This document shows positions 13,493 through 27,926 of a stretch of DNA of 64,000 bases, in pieces. The position numbers were made by a program, and so were the translations under genes. The stretch spans positions 135,036,001 to 135,100,000 of the forward strand of contig NC_043000.1 in the NCBI RefSeq assembly GCF_006345805.1. The letters run 5' to 3'. The notes beneath the pieces are model-generated. The model was not told the DNA's origin. It ran no database searches and saw only the letters and a list, made by a program, of their open reading frames with translations. The stretch is from Octopus sinensis. Its lineage: Eukaryota. Every line of letters begins with the position of its first letter. Positions within the stretch are counted from its first letter, which is position 1.

Positions 13493-15278
13493 GTCAATAC
13501 AGAATAACATAATATTTAAGGAATTTTGATTTACTCACAGAATTATTAATCCCACTGGTTACTTTTTCTTTTAGAAAACAAATAACTATTTGTTACTAAA
13601 ATTTTGCAGGTATTTTAGTTGAATTTTAAACACTCGTGGAATTTTGTGTGATTTCTTGTGTTTGTTTTTGTATAAACATTCTTTTCCAAAAAATATCATT
13701 GAAAAAAAGCAACACTGAAAGAAAAAGGTCAAGAAAGAAAGTGACTGAATTAATGGCAAAATAGAGATAATTCTTTCAATGATGGAGTAAATAAAATTTA
13801 GAACTGAACGCTAAATTTGACGAAGCAACAAACTCCTAAAACATGTGAAAAAATGGTGACGATAATCAAGCTGAACCATTATCCTGTCTACCTCACTATC
13901 TAACATATCAAAGTAATTAAAAGGGATAGAACCATACGCGTGTACATTATTGCTGCTTTCCAAAATTCGAGCGGTCTATGGGTTTCATCTTACCAGACAA
14001 ATGAAAGACAGTGATCTTAGACCATTTTGCCCCAAATCAATGAAAAAGAAAGGGATATTGCTAAATAGACCCTAAAATGAATAAAAAAAATTCACATTCA
14101 TGTAGCACAAGCCACTAAAGAGCTCAAGACACTTTTAGAAGATGGATCATGCTTTAATCCTCTAATTCTTGATTACATTTTTAATTTATGAGGTTTATTT
14201 CTCGCTTCCAAAAAAAAAGTTTTCTTTCTTGCAATTTAATAAGCCTAAAGTTTTTGTTTAGTTGTTTCTATTACTAATGAATTTATAGTGAGAATCTGGA
14301 TTAAAACAATCATATTGCCAGTCATTGAAATAAATAAAATATCTAAAATATATTTTTTAGTTTGGTTACTTAAAACAAAATCATTTAACCCCGACTCTTT
14401 CTAAGATATAACCCCGACATTGAGGTTAATGCAATATAAGTGATTGTTAAAAAAGACATAAGATTTAATAGTTTAGCATTTCTAAAATGAAGAGCAAATT
14501 TATTTTACTGTTACTTTTCTGTTTTTGAAGTTAGGGATTTACTCATTACTCTCAGTATCCTTTGGTATCAAATCCATTATTCAGTCTATAAAAAATACTA
14601 CTATCGTTTTTTAAACTCTGACATTTGAACTAACAATAAAGCGTGATGGGCAGACCTACTAGAATAGTAACTAAAATCTTCTTATAATACTCAGCAGTTA
14701 TAAAGAGAGGGAACCCATAAAATAATGTAGCCCTAGATACAATATGTTTAAAAAAAGATCTGGGTCTTCATAACTTTTTTTTGGCTTAGTCTCAGTTTTA
14801 GTATTTCAAATAATTAGCAATCTGTTAAAATTTGTTATAAAAAATCTGAGTTGAATATCCGTGCAGTATTTACCTCATTAAATTACAAAAGAAGATATCC
14901 AACTAGCATTTTGCACGACGCAAAATTTTTTCAGGGAGTTGAGTAGACGATCGAATTGATCCAAATATAATACTGATGCTTGATAGACCGGCACTTAAAT
15001 TTCTGAATCGGACGGATATTTGACGGATGCAGTTCAGTCACATAACTGATACTTATTTCGTTGATACCAAAGAATGAAGAACATTATTCTCTTTTCACAA
15101 CTAATATAACAAATAATAATTCAAAACTCTTTGCCTAAACCTTTGTTTTGATGACTTTTATATGAGAATTAATTAATGTATAATACTAAAGTAATAAGAA
15201 AATCTTCCCAATTAATCCTTACTATGAAATGCTATTTACTCATTTAAAATGAATTAAAGGAAGTAAAAATCACCACAG

Positions 15279-15404
15279 GCACTTTCTTGAACGCCAAAAT
15301 CGGGCGGTGTTTCGTCAAAGTTGAGGTATATACACTAGACAGCTCAAAGCCATTCTCCAGACATTTATGTCAGGCATACGACGGAGTAGCAGACCTGCCA
15401 TACG
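15279..15404 (+). CDS. Candidate coding exon; weak resemblance to the N-terminal half of a C-type-lectin-like domain
   Basis: GC-richer island with strong donor ACG|GTAAGT. Open frame (G)TFLNAKIGRCFVKVEVYTLDSSKPFSRHLCQAYDGVADLPY(G). Acceptors at 15278 (weak tract) or 15360 (ccattctccAG, phase-compatible with exon 12983-13106). Confidence 0.4.
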
Positions 15405-17783
15405 GTAAGTACAAAGAGGATCAAAGGTTAACTTCTTGATTCTTTATAGCAAGAAAATTTATAGATCTTGTTAAATCCTACGAAATGGTAATAATAAAAT
15501 GTAAGTCCCTAATTGCATCTTTTAAATGATTTTAACTTGTCTTCATTATTTTAGTAAAATATATATTAATTACATTGCTTATTATTATTAGATTTTATTA
15601 TTAACTTTAAAAATAACGTTTTCATCAAAAATAATTTTGACACTCGGTTTAATATTTCAAATATATTTCAAACTATTATATAAATATAAAAGCACATTCA
15701 TATGTAGAAGACTAGATGTACTTTCATTGCTCTATGAAGCAGACTGTTATAACTTATTTATGAAGGGTCTAAATCAATGCCTTTCGATAATATAGACATT
15801 CACTTTATTTCAGTTGTTTTAGAATTTATTATAAATCCATTATTTTATTTTTATTTTGCTATCTTTTTCTCAGATCTCTTTCGAAGCATGGACATCTTAT
15901 GTTGCGCTTATATCAGATTAAGATGGTCGCAATGCATATCAAAATCTACACTTTAGCTGAAATTCTTAGACATATATATTACATATACATTTCATATTTT
16001 ATCCAATCTCAAAAAAACAAAAATAATCACTTTATAAATAAGCAACAAGTATTTGATTATAAGATTGTGCATATTCGATGCAATTAATACTCTGTAATTA
16101 TAGCATAAACAGAAAAGATTATAATCGAGCTCAAAATGGTGAGTAAAAATTTGTTTCTAAGAATTACTTAAAGTGACAAATTACTTTACTGTGATAATTT
16201 AAGAAAATCTATTCGAAATTTAACCCGAAAAATATTTCTTCTGAATTCTGGTTTCTGGCTTTCTACAAGACAGATGTAAACCATGCAGAGTATTAACGCG
16301 TCTCTGACAGTATATATAGCGCTGGCGGGGAGATGAATAATTGTTATCTCTAGCGGTCGAGGGTCCATCACTGACAAGACCAAGTAACGTCGAAATTACG
16401 TGATCTGGAGATAGCGGGGATTTGTCTCTCCACAATCGATTGAAACAAGATTTCAGTTTACTCCAAAAACCAATATGAGTGTTTCTATCATGGTAACTAC
16501 CGCAGTATAGTTTGTTCTAACAGAACATCCGCATTTGAGAAGAAATAAATATTACCTCTTGATATTATTACTACATCTGTCGCGAATAAATATATTTTAT
16601 TTTAGAATCCAAAACACTGATGATATTACAAATAAATGTAGCAGAGCATTTCAGAGGATGTAGTTTCAAATCTTTGCCTGCTGTTCACTCAAACTTTTTT
16701 TCTGGTTTTCATATTTTCTGTGACTATATTTAGCACCCATAAACGAATTGTTAACAATTCTATCTTATTAACGAAATCATCTGCATGGATATGCGTGACT
16801 ATTTGTTTTTGCTATGAGAAAGGTCAACACGAGTTACTGTGTCAGATATTTGCTAAGAATCTCACAGCTTTGGCTTAGGCGATCTTCAACCTACCTCACT
16901 ATCAAGAACCGCTTGGGATGCTAACTGCGCACGAACACCCACAACGATGAAAGAAATATATGCATACGTGTCCACTTGAAGGAAATAATTGCACGCGCCT
17001 CTGAATGGCAGCCAATCCTAACCATTAACTAATTACAAAGTTCTCGTTTAATCGCTTCGCTTCGCTGGTGAGTGAAATGATATTTACAAGGCAAGATAAA
17101 ATATTACACATCAGAGAAAAGAAAAACATTTCAAGTGGTCACACTGTAAACCCACGAGTACTGATAGCGAAATAAAGATAATTATATGAGTATATAAATA
17201 TCTATCTATTTACATATATATATATATATATATATATGACCACTTTTTTTTATATTCACTGTCTATCAATAAGCTATCAATTTATTATCTCATCCTGATA
17301 AGCCATTATTATGTTTTGTCGTTATCACTTTTATTCAGTTATTATTCAGTTGTTTTAGTTTTCTTTATTTTTCTCTTCACCTTCTTAATATTTTACCCTA
17401 ATTCTTTTACGCGTACAAATATGTGAATATGTGTGCGTGTGCGTGTAGAATATACAGTATATATTCATGGTTCTGTGTATATAATATACGTGAAGAATAC
17501 ATGTGTTAGAGGCTGGTTGTATATGTGTGCGCATGTGTGCGTGCATGTGTGTGTGTGTGTATGTGTACATTGAACCTACTTAATAACTTTTTGAAAATAT
17601 GTATGCAACAACACACACACACACATATATATATGTGTGAGTATATAAACATATATACATTTACATGTTCACTAATTAATAAGCAAATGTGTCAATCTTC
17701 TTGCATATGTTTGCCTCTGACAAAATCTGTCCATCTGCGAGTGTACGTATATCTATATCTATATATATATGTATATCTGTATC

Positions 17784-17818
<35 letters not shown>

Positions 17819-19559
17819 TTATATGATATATAAACACACATGGTAAGCCATATGTGAATATTTTAATATTTCTGTAAACGTTAAGGAATAACGAGTATAG
17901 CTCAGAACAGATGGCTGTGTTGTTTTAATATATCTGATTTATTGTCCCAGCTTGGAACAGAAAATTACAACAGTACCAAAATACCACATTTTTATGATAA
18001 TCTCATTCACCTTTTCATATTTTAACTGTATAGATATTCCTATGATACACCTGATATACTCACGTACAGATAATGCTTACATAAATCGATAGTTGCACAT
18101 TCACATCTGAATTTATCACATTTGAATATACATATATTTATGTATAACATGCAAGTTATTAATAAATAATAAATACGCGTTTATAATGCGTAAGTCTAAC
18201 AAAAATAAACAGAGGCAAGAATGAATAGAATAGAATTTATACCAGACCACACACCTCTTACATGATAATATTAGAGTGTTCAAGATGCACATGGAGGTAA
18301 CTGTGTACAGCTTGGTATATATGTATTTATATTTTAGTTATTCTACCATTAAATACATACCATGTTTTTACGTTGCTATCCGGGTGGTATTAATCCGTCT
18401 GTATCACGAAAGAGCAAGTATAGTGTCATTGAGATTTTGACTGCTTGAAGAGAAAGTTGTTTTGCTACTGGCAACTTCCCTGCAAACATATTTTTAAAAG
18501 TTCATTTGCTAGTATAACAGTATTCATACATAGTATGTCTCTAAAAACATATAATGTCTTAGTTACAAATAAAAGGCCAGAGTTGACTCCAGTTTTTATG
18601 TTGACTTACTCTGAGTAAGACAAGAAAATTATGGTAGTTTTGTTTCACAGAATTTACATAAGAAATTACTGGAGAAGTTGGTAGATCGTATACATAAGCA
18701 TTTCATTCGCGGCAAACCAGATTTTGACAAATAAAATTTAATTGCGGAGAAAATATTGGCTGATAGTAACTAAGTGTATCATCGTAGTTTTCTTAATACT
18801 AATAAAGGTTCCAAAATTTGATCTTGAATGAAAATTTCTTTAAAAAGGCGCTTGATTCAATTTCTTTATTACCCACAAGGGACGAAATACAGAGGGGGAC
18901 AATACAGCCTGATTGGGGTCAGACACACACTGATTATATGACTTTTAAACTTTTACAAGATATAATGAAATCGAATGAGATACAAGGACATATAAGAATC
19001 CAGCACAAAAGAAACTGTTAATTCTACGATGTTTGAAGCTAAAAACGCATGTCAGTATTCATTTCTTAATTAAGAAATTGTACATAATATTACATGCATC
19101 GATTAACTATATTTGACTTTATAAATAATAATAAGCTTAAATTTAAATAAACTTGAAATTTACTATAAATATAAAACCTGCGAAAAATACAAAACTGGCC
19201 AAAGTGCAAGCTACCTATAGTATCACTTGTGTATGATTGCACACCTTTATACTTTGAGTTCAAATTACGTTACGGTCAATTTTATGGGGTTGGAGCGTGT
19301 TATTAAAAGAAATTGAATACGTCAGCTTTTTTTTTTGCTTTTTGTTTTCTTTTTTCAATGTCAATAAACTAAATTGAACACCGAATTCAATCCAGTCTAG
19401 TATATCCATCTCTCAAATTCGAGGCTTTGTGCTTCTGTTAGCTTTTTAATATATTTGTGTATTTGAATTTTAGTATGTGACAATATGTATTATATGTCAG
19501 AATTAATAATCTGTTTTGATTTTGAATACCTGTTACAAAGTAAGAAAATATGATTTTAT

Positions 19560-20335
19560 ATAGTTTAGAACACGAATCTTCAATTAGCTTAAAATACAGG
19601 TTTTAAATCGTGTTCTGATCTGGTTTATAACCTGTATTTACTTAAGTTAAAGTAAGTTCGAATACTTATCTGAAACTAGCAATATATATGAATACACTTT
19701 AATCTAGGTTAGGAAAGATGTTTTGAAAATATGTGTTAAAGTAGGTTAAAATACATGTTTTAAAGTAAGAACACGTGTTTTAAATTAGGTTAGAATACAT
19801 AGGTTAAAGTAGATTATAATAAATATGTTGGATTAAGATACGTTTTAAAGTAGGTTAGAATATATGTTTTATATTTGGTTGGAATGCAGGGTTTTAAGTA
19901 AATTATAATATATACTTTATATCAGATTGGAATACGTTATAAATTAGTTACGAATAAATTCTAAAAGATTTGTTAGAAAACATTACAGACTGCGTACCAA
20001 TATGTTTTTTAAACTAGGCTTGAATACATGTTTTGAATCATTTTATAATAGATATTTTACTCTAGGTTGAATAATTGTTATAAATTTGTCTTGAGTACAA
20101 GCTTAAAACTTCGTTGAAACACATACTTCAAAGCATGTTTTAAATTTGGTTTGAATACGTTTTACTAGAAACTGTGTAATGATACCTGTTTAAGTACAAA
20201 TAGAGGTTTTAAGGTTTGTTAGAATACATATTTCATTATGGGTTTGAATACATATCTTAAAATAGGTCAGTAGATATGTTTTTTTATAGGAGGCAACAAT
20301 ATATGTTTCATAGTAGGTTAGTAGACACGTTTTAT
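19560..20335. repeat. Highly degenerate minisatellite, period about 24 bp, consensus near GTTTTAAA(G/T)TAGGTTAGAATACAT
   Basis: Recurrent units such as gttttaaattaggttagaatacat, gttttaaagtaggttagaatatat, ttttaaactaggcttgaatacat, gttttaaatttggtttgaatac. Confidence 0.75.
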
Positions 20336-21079
20336 AATCAGAATGCGTTTCAACCTCTTGCTTTAGGTCGCATTTGTCACAGAGTTATGATGTTAGTTTC
20401 TGTTTGTTTCCAATAAACCGATCGCTGGCTCACTGACATTATTGATAAAGAATTGTTTATGTCATTCGAGTGGAACTAATAGCAGAGGTTATTTTGTTCA
20501 AAAGCGCTGGTTCATCAGTTATCTAGCCGATGCATATATCTTTCTCTAAATAGTACAAAAGCCATTTATTTTCTATGTCGTGATTTGTGGACATGTGGAT
20601 GCTGGTGGCAATTTTGATCGTCTCCAGATGAGAACGGAAGATGACCTCACGAATCAAGAATTTTCTAATTTTCATTGTCCACATTCATGAAACTTTCTCA
20701 TTTTCGTTTAAATTATGCAAATTTCCTCAACCAAAAATATACTGTTATAGAATATAGAATATATCAAAGTTTTATATCCACTGGAGTACCTAATATTCCT
20801 GCCTTTGTGCACACAACGCAACCCAGCTAAGTGAAGATATCCGCTCTTGGTAATTCAGCCATGTACTTCTTATAAAGGTACTTTCTATAGTACTTCCAAA
20901 ATGCAGAATTAAAGTTAAGTGAATAAAATATAAACGAATAATCCTTTATGTTTGAAGTCTATGCGGTCATCTGACGAGAACGGTTTCTTTCAAACGATGT
21001 AACGTTTTCATTAATCAATTGAAGGAGTCACTTGAAACGACCGTAATTAATTTCCCCCTGTACATCTGAGTTACTCATT

Positions 21080-21148
<69 letters not shown>

Positions 21149-21469
21149 ACATACATAACATACATACATACAAAATGAAAGTGAAGCGAAGCGAGCCAAT
21201 ATATAGATCTTTGATAACTATGTAATCTTGGAATTACTTATGCTGAAAAGAAAAAGGCTAAAAGTATATTTATTGCTGGTAAAGCTATGAAATAGTAGAA
21301 CGCCAGCAAAGCATGCAATAATTGAAAATATAAACTTTTAAAATAGACGGTTATAAAATGAAATATTGCAAAGCAGTTGTTAAGGAGAGCATGCTTCAAT
21401 ATTTAAAAAAAGGTATGAATAAATTAATAATATTAAGTGGAAAAAGACAATGAAACATAAGCTGTAATA

Positions 21470-21697
21470 ATGGTTTCAAATTTTGCCACTAGGGCAGCAA
21501 TTTTTTTTTTTTTTTTCTGGTGGAGGCCAACATGATTACATCGACTCCAGTGTTCAATTGGTACTTATAATATCGACCTCGAAAGAGTGAAAGGTAAAGT
21601 CGACCTCAGTGGAATTTGAACTCAGAACGTAGCGACGGATGAAATACCGCTAAGCCTCTCGTCCGGCGTGCTAACAATTCTGTCAGTTCGTCGCCTT
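21470..21697 (-). mobile_element. tRNA-derived SINE, family 1, followed by (TAA)n to about 21890
   Basis: Same head and body as 5858-6035, more diverged. Confidence 0.88.
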
Positions 21698-21786
21698 CTT
21701 AATAATAATAATAATAATAATAGTAATAATGATAATAATAATAATAATAATAATATAATAATAATAATAATAATAAAATGATAATA

Positions 21787-21822
<36 letters not shown>

Positions 21823-21823
21823 G

Positions 21824-21883
<60 letters not shown>

Positions 21884-23316
21884 TAATAATAATCAGCTGT
21901 AATAATAAGAGCGAATCCTCCTACTGAAAAGGCTTCAACAGAAAAGGTCAGCATCTGAAACAGGATTAAGACAAAATTTTATTAGTATTAAAGAAGCAAG
22001 AACGCACACACTATTAATAATAATAAATATGTAAAAAGAAAAAAAGAAAGAATGGCAACGAAAATTTTTGAGTGGCTTACATCACACGGATCTTTACCTT
22101 TTGACCAACAGATTTTTAAAATAATTTTTTGTACTAAACACTTTCAAACTTCGGACAGTGGTAGAATGTGTCATATAAAATATCTTTTACTCTTAGCATT
22201 TTTGAGAAAACACTTATATTTACGAAGTTATTTCACGTCAAAGTTCTTGTATTTCGGGAATTTCAACCAATCAATGACGCGTATTCAGCTGAATAAAAAT
22301 ACTACTGTTGTTTGTCAACAAGAACTTCTGTAGGTCAAAAGGTAAAGATCCCATCACACAAATGTAGCAAATGAAGTTTTAGAGATATTAGAACATGCAA
22401 TGTTTGCCAAGTAGAAATTCAGATGCGAGGTTACATGTGTTAGCATATTCGCGTAAGCTGTAGTCTGGTCATGAACCCTTCACTCCGGCCGGGGACAGTA
22501 TAAAAGGGGTAAGTGTATACCATTGCTCATACGTTACTGGAAGTCCATAATAAACATGTATGTGTGTATAAATATATATTTGTATATATGTATATGTGCG
22601 TGTATGTGTGTGTATAGATATATATAAATATATGTATGTATATATATATATTTGTGCATGCGTGGTATACATATACATATGCATATATATATCATATGTA
22701 CACACACACATATATATAGATAGATAGATAGATACATACATACATACATACATACATACATACATACATACATGTGTATATGTTTATATATATATATTTA
22801 TTCATATATGTATGTATGTATTTATGTATGTATGTATGTATGCAAGAAGTTACCTATAGCATACGTTATAGTACATGTACATACACATAGACGTGTATAA
22901 CTGAATGAGAAAGAAGAGCTTTGGTGTTTATATAAGTCTTTCTTTCTTACGTTGATGATGATTCTGAGAAGGAGGAAAAGGAGGAGAAGTGTAGAGATGA
23001 TGAAGACGCCAGCAAGGATAATGATCATGGTGACGTTTAATGGCGATAGGTTACAGAATATGACAACCTTTTAATTATATTCACGTCTCCTAACGAACCG
23101 TCGAATAGTGACGTAATTGTTGGTTCTTGTTTATAAATTTTATAGTTCAACTGTTTCTATATCAATGACTCTTCAGAACTAGAAATTAATACTTTAACGT
23201 AGTCATTATCACCACTTCTGCTACTATTCCTCCTTTTTCCTCCTCCTACACTACTACTGCTACCTCTCCTACAACTACTACTACTACGACGACCACCACC
23301 ACCACTACTACTACTG

Positions 23317-23356
<40 letters not shown>

Positions 23357-24457
23357 CACTACTTGCTGTAGTAGTAATTTTTAGTATATTCCACATCATC
23401 ATAATCATTATTTTCATCGCTACTATCCACTAATAGTAAATAATACATTCTTTATCATTTTGTGTGTCTCTCCCTTTCTCTCCGTCCCCCAATCTCTTTC
23501 TCTCTCCCGCTCCCTCTTTCTATTTCTCTCTCCCCCTTTCTCTCTCTCTCTCTCTCTCTTCTTCTTCTTCTTCTTCTTCTTCTTGTGGGTCCCCAGTATG
23601 GTGGTAGTTCTCTTGAGTTGTTGCTTTATTATTTACTGATTTGTAAAGTTTTCTTCACACTTCTGTGACCTTTCGAATGATTTCAAATTCTCCGACACTA
23701 TGTTATATTATAAACAGTAATGTAGATGTTTTTCAAGCTTGTGAGTGCAATGTATTACTGTTTTGTTTCATTATACCAGTTTTTGCCTTATTTGGTTTCA
23801 TTGCGTATCTTAATTAGAAGGGTTTCATGATGAGCCCGATCTATGATGTAGAAGGTTGTTCGTTTCCACAGTAATGTGATACTTGAGATTTTGCTTAATT
23901 TACACTTAGAATCTGATGGACTTCTGATGAATCTGATGAATCTCATGGATTCTAGTTTACACTTAGAATCTTTGAGCTTATAAAATTGAAATTTTTAAAG
24001 CTTGGCGTGACCGAGTTTAGTTTAAATGGGTTAAAATTTGCTGTAGATTGCACCAGTAGGAATGGTTAATTCAAATATATTCAAATTCTTTCTACAATTT
24101 CGAACTTAACCTACACAATCAGTATTATTCTAACGATGTACAACAATACAAATCTAAGATGACTAAACATCTTTTCGAAAATTTGCTAATCATACATATT
24201 AAAATCTCAAAATACATCATCCATCTATATCGCCATCTCTCTTGAACCAGTAACTTGTTAGGTAGGACCTACAAGTTCAATTTTATTCCATTAACGGTTT
24301 GAAATATTTCCATTTAAATGCTCCTAAAACGCTCCTTAATATCTTTTGTTTTCAATAGTTCTACGTAATGTATAACTTCATTCTTCCTACACATACGCAT
24401 ACTGTGTATATATCTGTGTGTGTGTGTGCATGAGTGTCTGTATGAGTCTATATATGT

Positions 24458-24739
24458 CTTTTTGCCGAACCGCTAAGTGACGGGGACGTAAACACACCAG
24501 CATCGGTTGTCAAGCAATGCTAGAGAAACAAACACAGACACACAAACACACACACACATACATACATATGTATATATATATACATATATACGACAGGCTT
24601 CTTTCAGTTTCTATCAAATCCACTCACAAGGCATTGGTCGGCTATAGCAGAAGACACTTGCCCAAGATGCCACGCAGTGGGACTGAACCCGGAACCATGT
24701 GGTTGGTTAGCAAGCTACTTACCACACAGCCACTCCTGC
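24458..24739 (-). mobile_element. tRNA-derived SINE, family 3 (head GCAGGAGTGGCTGTGTGGTAAG, CORE-like CCTTGGGCAAG block)
   Basis: A-box TGGCTGTGTGGT and B-box GGTTCAGTCCC on the minus strand. Matches 51482-51896 (+) and 43147-43302 (-). Confidence 0.88.
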
Positions 24740-24978
24740 TCCTATATATGTGTACATATATAATAAATTAAATAAAATGGGTGGCTTATTAGCAATTAGA
24801 GCCCAAAGGCAAAATTAATAGAGGTCACAAAAGTGACAGAGGGCATTGACTAGCAGCGCTTTTGATAAGGATAAGAGTTAGAACAACTGAAAAGCCAGAA
24901 AATCACTGTCTTAATGACTAAAAAAGAAGTTAAGTTCCCAGCGTATGTAGCCGGATCGCGACTTTATATAGATAGATA

Positions 24979-25047
24979 TGTTTCTTTATTAGCCACACAG
25001 GGCGTGCACACAGATAGAACAAATTACAAGTAGAGCTTTTTTTTGAA

Positions 25048-25081
<34 letters not shown>

Positions 25082-25694
25082 AAGGGGGAGTTTCGAACAA
25101 AAGGGATCGTAAAAGGAGAGAAGAGGACAAAAAAAAGGGGGGGGTTAAAAAAAAAAAGGGGGGGGGAGAGGAAAAAAAAATTGATCAATAGGGATCGTTA
25201 TCACAGAAATGTCAATTGAAGTGTAAAGGGGAGACAGGTGAGGTTTACCGTGGAAAGAAAAGCCTAGGAAAAGACCACGGTAACCCGGTCAATGAAGTCA
25301 CATTTTATATTTCTTTTTTTTTTTTTTTTTTTTTTTTTTTGCAAATAAGCAACTCTCTGTTTTCAATTTCTGGGTCATAGGATCATGTTCAAGGTGGCTT
25401 CGTCATTCATACGTGCCATTCTTGCTACATTCACCCATCTTTTTTTAAAACATTCGCTAGACAAAACTTGCCTCTCTACTCTCACTTTCCTTTTCAAGTG
25501 GTACTTGAAGAAGTTGATGAGAGATTGACCAGAGAGGAAAGTGTTTGTCTCCAATCCCTTCAGACGCGTCCCCACAGATACATTCTTTCGCCATAGCCAC
25601 AAGGATGATGAAAATAGCTCTTCCTCCCGTTTGAAGGAAGGAGGCGTGACAATATTGACGATAGACTCAGCTGATAACCGACTCGTCCCACCAC
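24979..25694 (-). mobile_element. Tx1/L1-clade non-LTR retrotransposon, 5'-truncated copy B (ORF2 C-terminus plus about 400-bp 3' UTR)
   Basis: Near-identical to 25986-26710. ORF2 end ..LSGQSLINFFKYHLKRKVRVERQVLSSECFKKRWVNVARMARMNDEATLNMIL*. Ends AATAAAGAAACA directly into TATC repeats. Confidence 0.88.
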
Positions 25695-25730
25695 AGATAG
25701 ATAGATAGAGAGATAGATAGATAGATAGAG

Positions 25731-25761
<31 letters not shown>

Positions 25762-25762
25762 G

Positions 25763-25813
<51 letters not shown>

Positions 25814-25814
25814 G

Positions 25815-25888
<74 letters not shown>

Positions 25889-25907
25889 GAGATAGATAGA
25901 TAGATAG

Positions 25908-25943
<36 letters not shown>

Positions 25944-25944
25944 G

Positions 25945-25985
<41 letters not shown>
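25695..25985. repeat. (GATA)n microsatellite, about 72 units, between the two Tx1 copies
   Basis: Directly visible. Confidence 0.98.
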
Positions 25986-26056
25986 TGTTTCTTTATTAGC
26001 CACACAGGGCTGCACACAGATAGAACAAATTACAAGGTAGAGCTTTTCTTTTGAAG

Positions 26057-26090
<34 letters not shown>

Positions 26091-26156
26091 AAGGGGGAGG
26101 TTCGATCAAAGGGATCGTAAAAGGAGAGAAAGAGGACAAAAATAAGGGGGGTTGTT

Positions 26157-26187
<31 letters not shown>

Positions 26188-27324
26188 GAGGAAAAAAAAA
26201 TGATCAATAGGGATCGTTATCACAGAAATGTCAATATGAAGTGTAAAGGGGGAGGGACAGGTGAGGTTACCGTGGAAAGAAAAGCCTGCGAAAAGACCAC
26301 GGTAACCTCGGTCATGAAGTCACATTTTATATTTCTTTTTTTTTTTTTTTTTTTTTTTGCAAATAAGCAACTCTCTGTTTTCGATTTCTGGGTTCATAGG
26401 ACTATGCTCAAGGTGGCTTCGTCATTCATACGTGCCATTTTGCTACATTCACCCATTTTTTTTAAAACATTCGCTAGACAAAACTTGCCTCTTACTCTCA
26501 CTTTCCTTTTCAAGTGGTACTTGAAGAAGTTGATGAGAGATTGACCAGAGAGGAAAGTGTTTGTCTCCAATCCTTTCAGACGCGTCCACCAGATACATTC
26601 TTTCGCCATAGCCAAAGGATGATGAAAATAGCTCTTCCTTCCCGTTTGAAGGAAGGAGGCGTGACAATATTGACGATAGACTCAGCTGATAAACCGACTC
26701 GTCCCACACGTGACACAGCAGTTGTTCGACATAAGCCCACAGGTCGGAAATTGTTGGACACTGAACGAGTGCGTGCAGAACGGTTTCGTCGCTCTGACCG
26801 CATCTCGGGCAGGTCGGCCCCGTGTTTCTCGAGCCGTGTCTGTGAGCTTATCCCGAACGGGTAGCGCTTCTCGGTAGCACTGCCAGGAGGGATCTCTGGA
26901 AGTTGTCCATGGGCCCTGGCCCGAAAGTCGTCCCGAACAGGCGGGTCAGGTAATCCTCGTCGACGTCCAGGTTCGCCCGAGCTCGTCGTCGTACCTCCCC
27001 TCCACTAAACCCCTATAGAATGCTTTGGGTGTGTTGAAGTCACTTAAGGTCGACCCAGGACGGCAGAGTTGCTTGAGAGCAACGCGACCCTCGCGGTGCC
27101 ATTCGCCCTTCCTCGGCCTCTTTTTGATCCACGACTGCAGTTCGGTCATGGAGACGAGCTGCGGGAAAGCGTGCCTCACAAACGGCGACCACACACCTGT
27201 TCACCGTCGTCTACATAGAGCCAGATGTGTCGCAGTCTCAGCGCGTGTCTGCGCATCATCAACCACGGCATGCCCAGCCTCCTTTTAACGGGTGTTGACA
27301 GCAAATGGATCGCCTGACCATCGG
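25986..27324 (-). mobile_element. Tx1/L1-clade non-LTR retrotransposon, 5'-truncated copy A (ORF2 C-terminal third with CCHC knuckle)
   Basis: GC-rich. Across frameshifts: [79 protein letters not shown].., the L1/Tx1-type CxxC-H-C motif. Confidence 0.9.
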
Positions 27325-27514
<190 letters not shown>

Positions 27515-27561
27515 TATTATATATACATATATATAAATGCACATATATATATATATACACG

Positions 27562-27597
<36 letters not shown>

Positions 27598-27598
<1 letters not shown>

Positions 27599-27800
27599 CG
27601 GGAAGCTTTATGAAAATAAACAAAAGACGAAGGCAGGTGGAAAACAAACGAACAATTGTATTAGTATGGCGCTCAGGAAATATAAATAAAACAAGTCTTT
27701 AACGTTTCGAGCCTACGCTCTTCAACAGAAAGATACACAGAGAGAAAAAAACACAGAAAGAAGGAGAGAAAAAATGCGTGCAGTAGCTAACGAATCAACA
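27598..27800 (-). repeat. Non-coding repeat with a minimal hammerhead-like motif at 27696-27733; related copies at 42290-42480 (+), 43342-43512 (-) and 47790-47998 (-)
   Basis: Minus strand: TCTTT-CTGTTGA-A-GAGC-gtag-GCTC-GAAAC-GT-T-AAAGA. Copies are flanked by (TA)n. Confidence 0.7.
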
Positions 27801-27859
27801 TATATATATATATTATATAAATATACATATATATAAACACAACAATATATACCGCTTAT

Positions 27860-27926
<67 letters not shown>

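Noticed and set aside
16180-16500. GC-richer island with short ORFs on both strands
   Set aside because: Every splice-compatible frame is interrupted by stops and no motif is recognised; probably decayed repeat.
23157-23417. Ser/Gly-rich ORF
   Set aside because: (CTA)n/(CCA)n low-complexity tract.
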